Assembly: GCF_028641065.1 (NCBI RefSeq)
Contig: NC_073400.1
Span: 19,716,001 to 19,780,000, forward strand
DNA: 64,000 bases
Source: Leucoraja erinacea
Lineage: Eukaryota
Reading direction: 5' to 3'
Below, in pieces: positions 63,376 to 64,000 of the stretch. Positions within the stretch are counted from its first letter, which is position 1. Every line of letters begins with the position of its first letter. The notes under the pieces are model-generated. The model had not been told where the DNA came from. It saw only the letters and a program-made list of their open reading frames with translations, and did not search any database. Position numbers and translations under genes: made by a program.

Positions 63376-64000
63376 AAGAGAGAGAAACAAAGACAGAGAG
63401 AGAGGGGTCAATTTGCAGAAGTTAAAAATTGTGTGTCATTGACAATGAGGAGGAGAATGAAGAACTGAGGAGGAGAAATCTGGTCAGCTGGGCAGGGAAA
63501 TGAAGTTTACTCCAGAGAGGTGTGTGGTGAGATGTTTGGAGAAGCAAAACAAGGTTGGGAATACACAATAAATGAACCAGCAAATGGTTGGTGTTTGGAG
63601 AGGTTGAAAGCCAGATAATGTCATAGCACTGGGATGAAGGGCCTGATTTAAGATTCATGGGATCCACAGCGACTTGGACATTCAGATTCAGAACTGGCTC
63701 ACTCATAGAAGGTAGAAGGTTGTGGGGGGAGAGTGTTATTCTGGCTGGAGGTCTGTGACCAATGGAGTTCCAAAAGGATCTGTGTTGGGTGTTCAATATT
63801 ATATATAATATCTATCTCTCCCTCCTAACCCCATTCTCCTGCCTTTTCACCATAACCTCTAACACCTTTGGTATGGCGATATAAGGAACTGCAAATGCTG
63901 GTTTACCAAAAAAAAGAACCAAAGATATAAAGTGCTGGAGTAACTGCTGTGGGCAGCATCTCTGGAGAACATAGATAGGTGACGTTTTATCTTGGAACCC

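Overview
Eukaryotic vertebrate DNA. The repeat content (young CR1 LINEs, tRNA-derived SINEs, Penelope fragments) suggests a cartilaginous fish, probably a skate or ray; this is an inference. Among dense transposon debris lies a cluster of CD2/SLAM-family-like Ig receptor genes that the ORF track shows only in fragments. Gene B (minus strand, 41158->23230) can be assembled in full from six phase-compatible GT-AG exons (leader, cysteine-less IgV, 4-Cys IgC2, TM, 55-nt cytoplasmic exon, last exon) into a 400-aa protein. Gene A (minus) shows a leader exon (9758-9809) and an IgV exon (7228-7545) and runs off the left edge. A third leader exon (62527-62593, plus) starts probable gene C, which runs off the right edge. 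All three first introns carry the same ~130-bp non-coding element in the same gene-relative orientation. Between genes B and C is a 10-kb head-to-head block made of a young Tf1/sushi-type chromoviral Gypsy element lacking both U3 regions and a near-intact I/Nimb-clade LINE. Also present: Tc1, L1, Tx1, a non-autonomous Helitron, an unclassified TIR element and a ~200-N assembly gap. All exon models are read from splice signals and reading phase only; no expression data were available.
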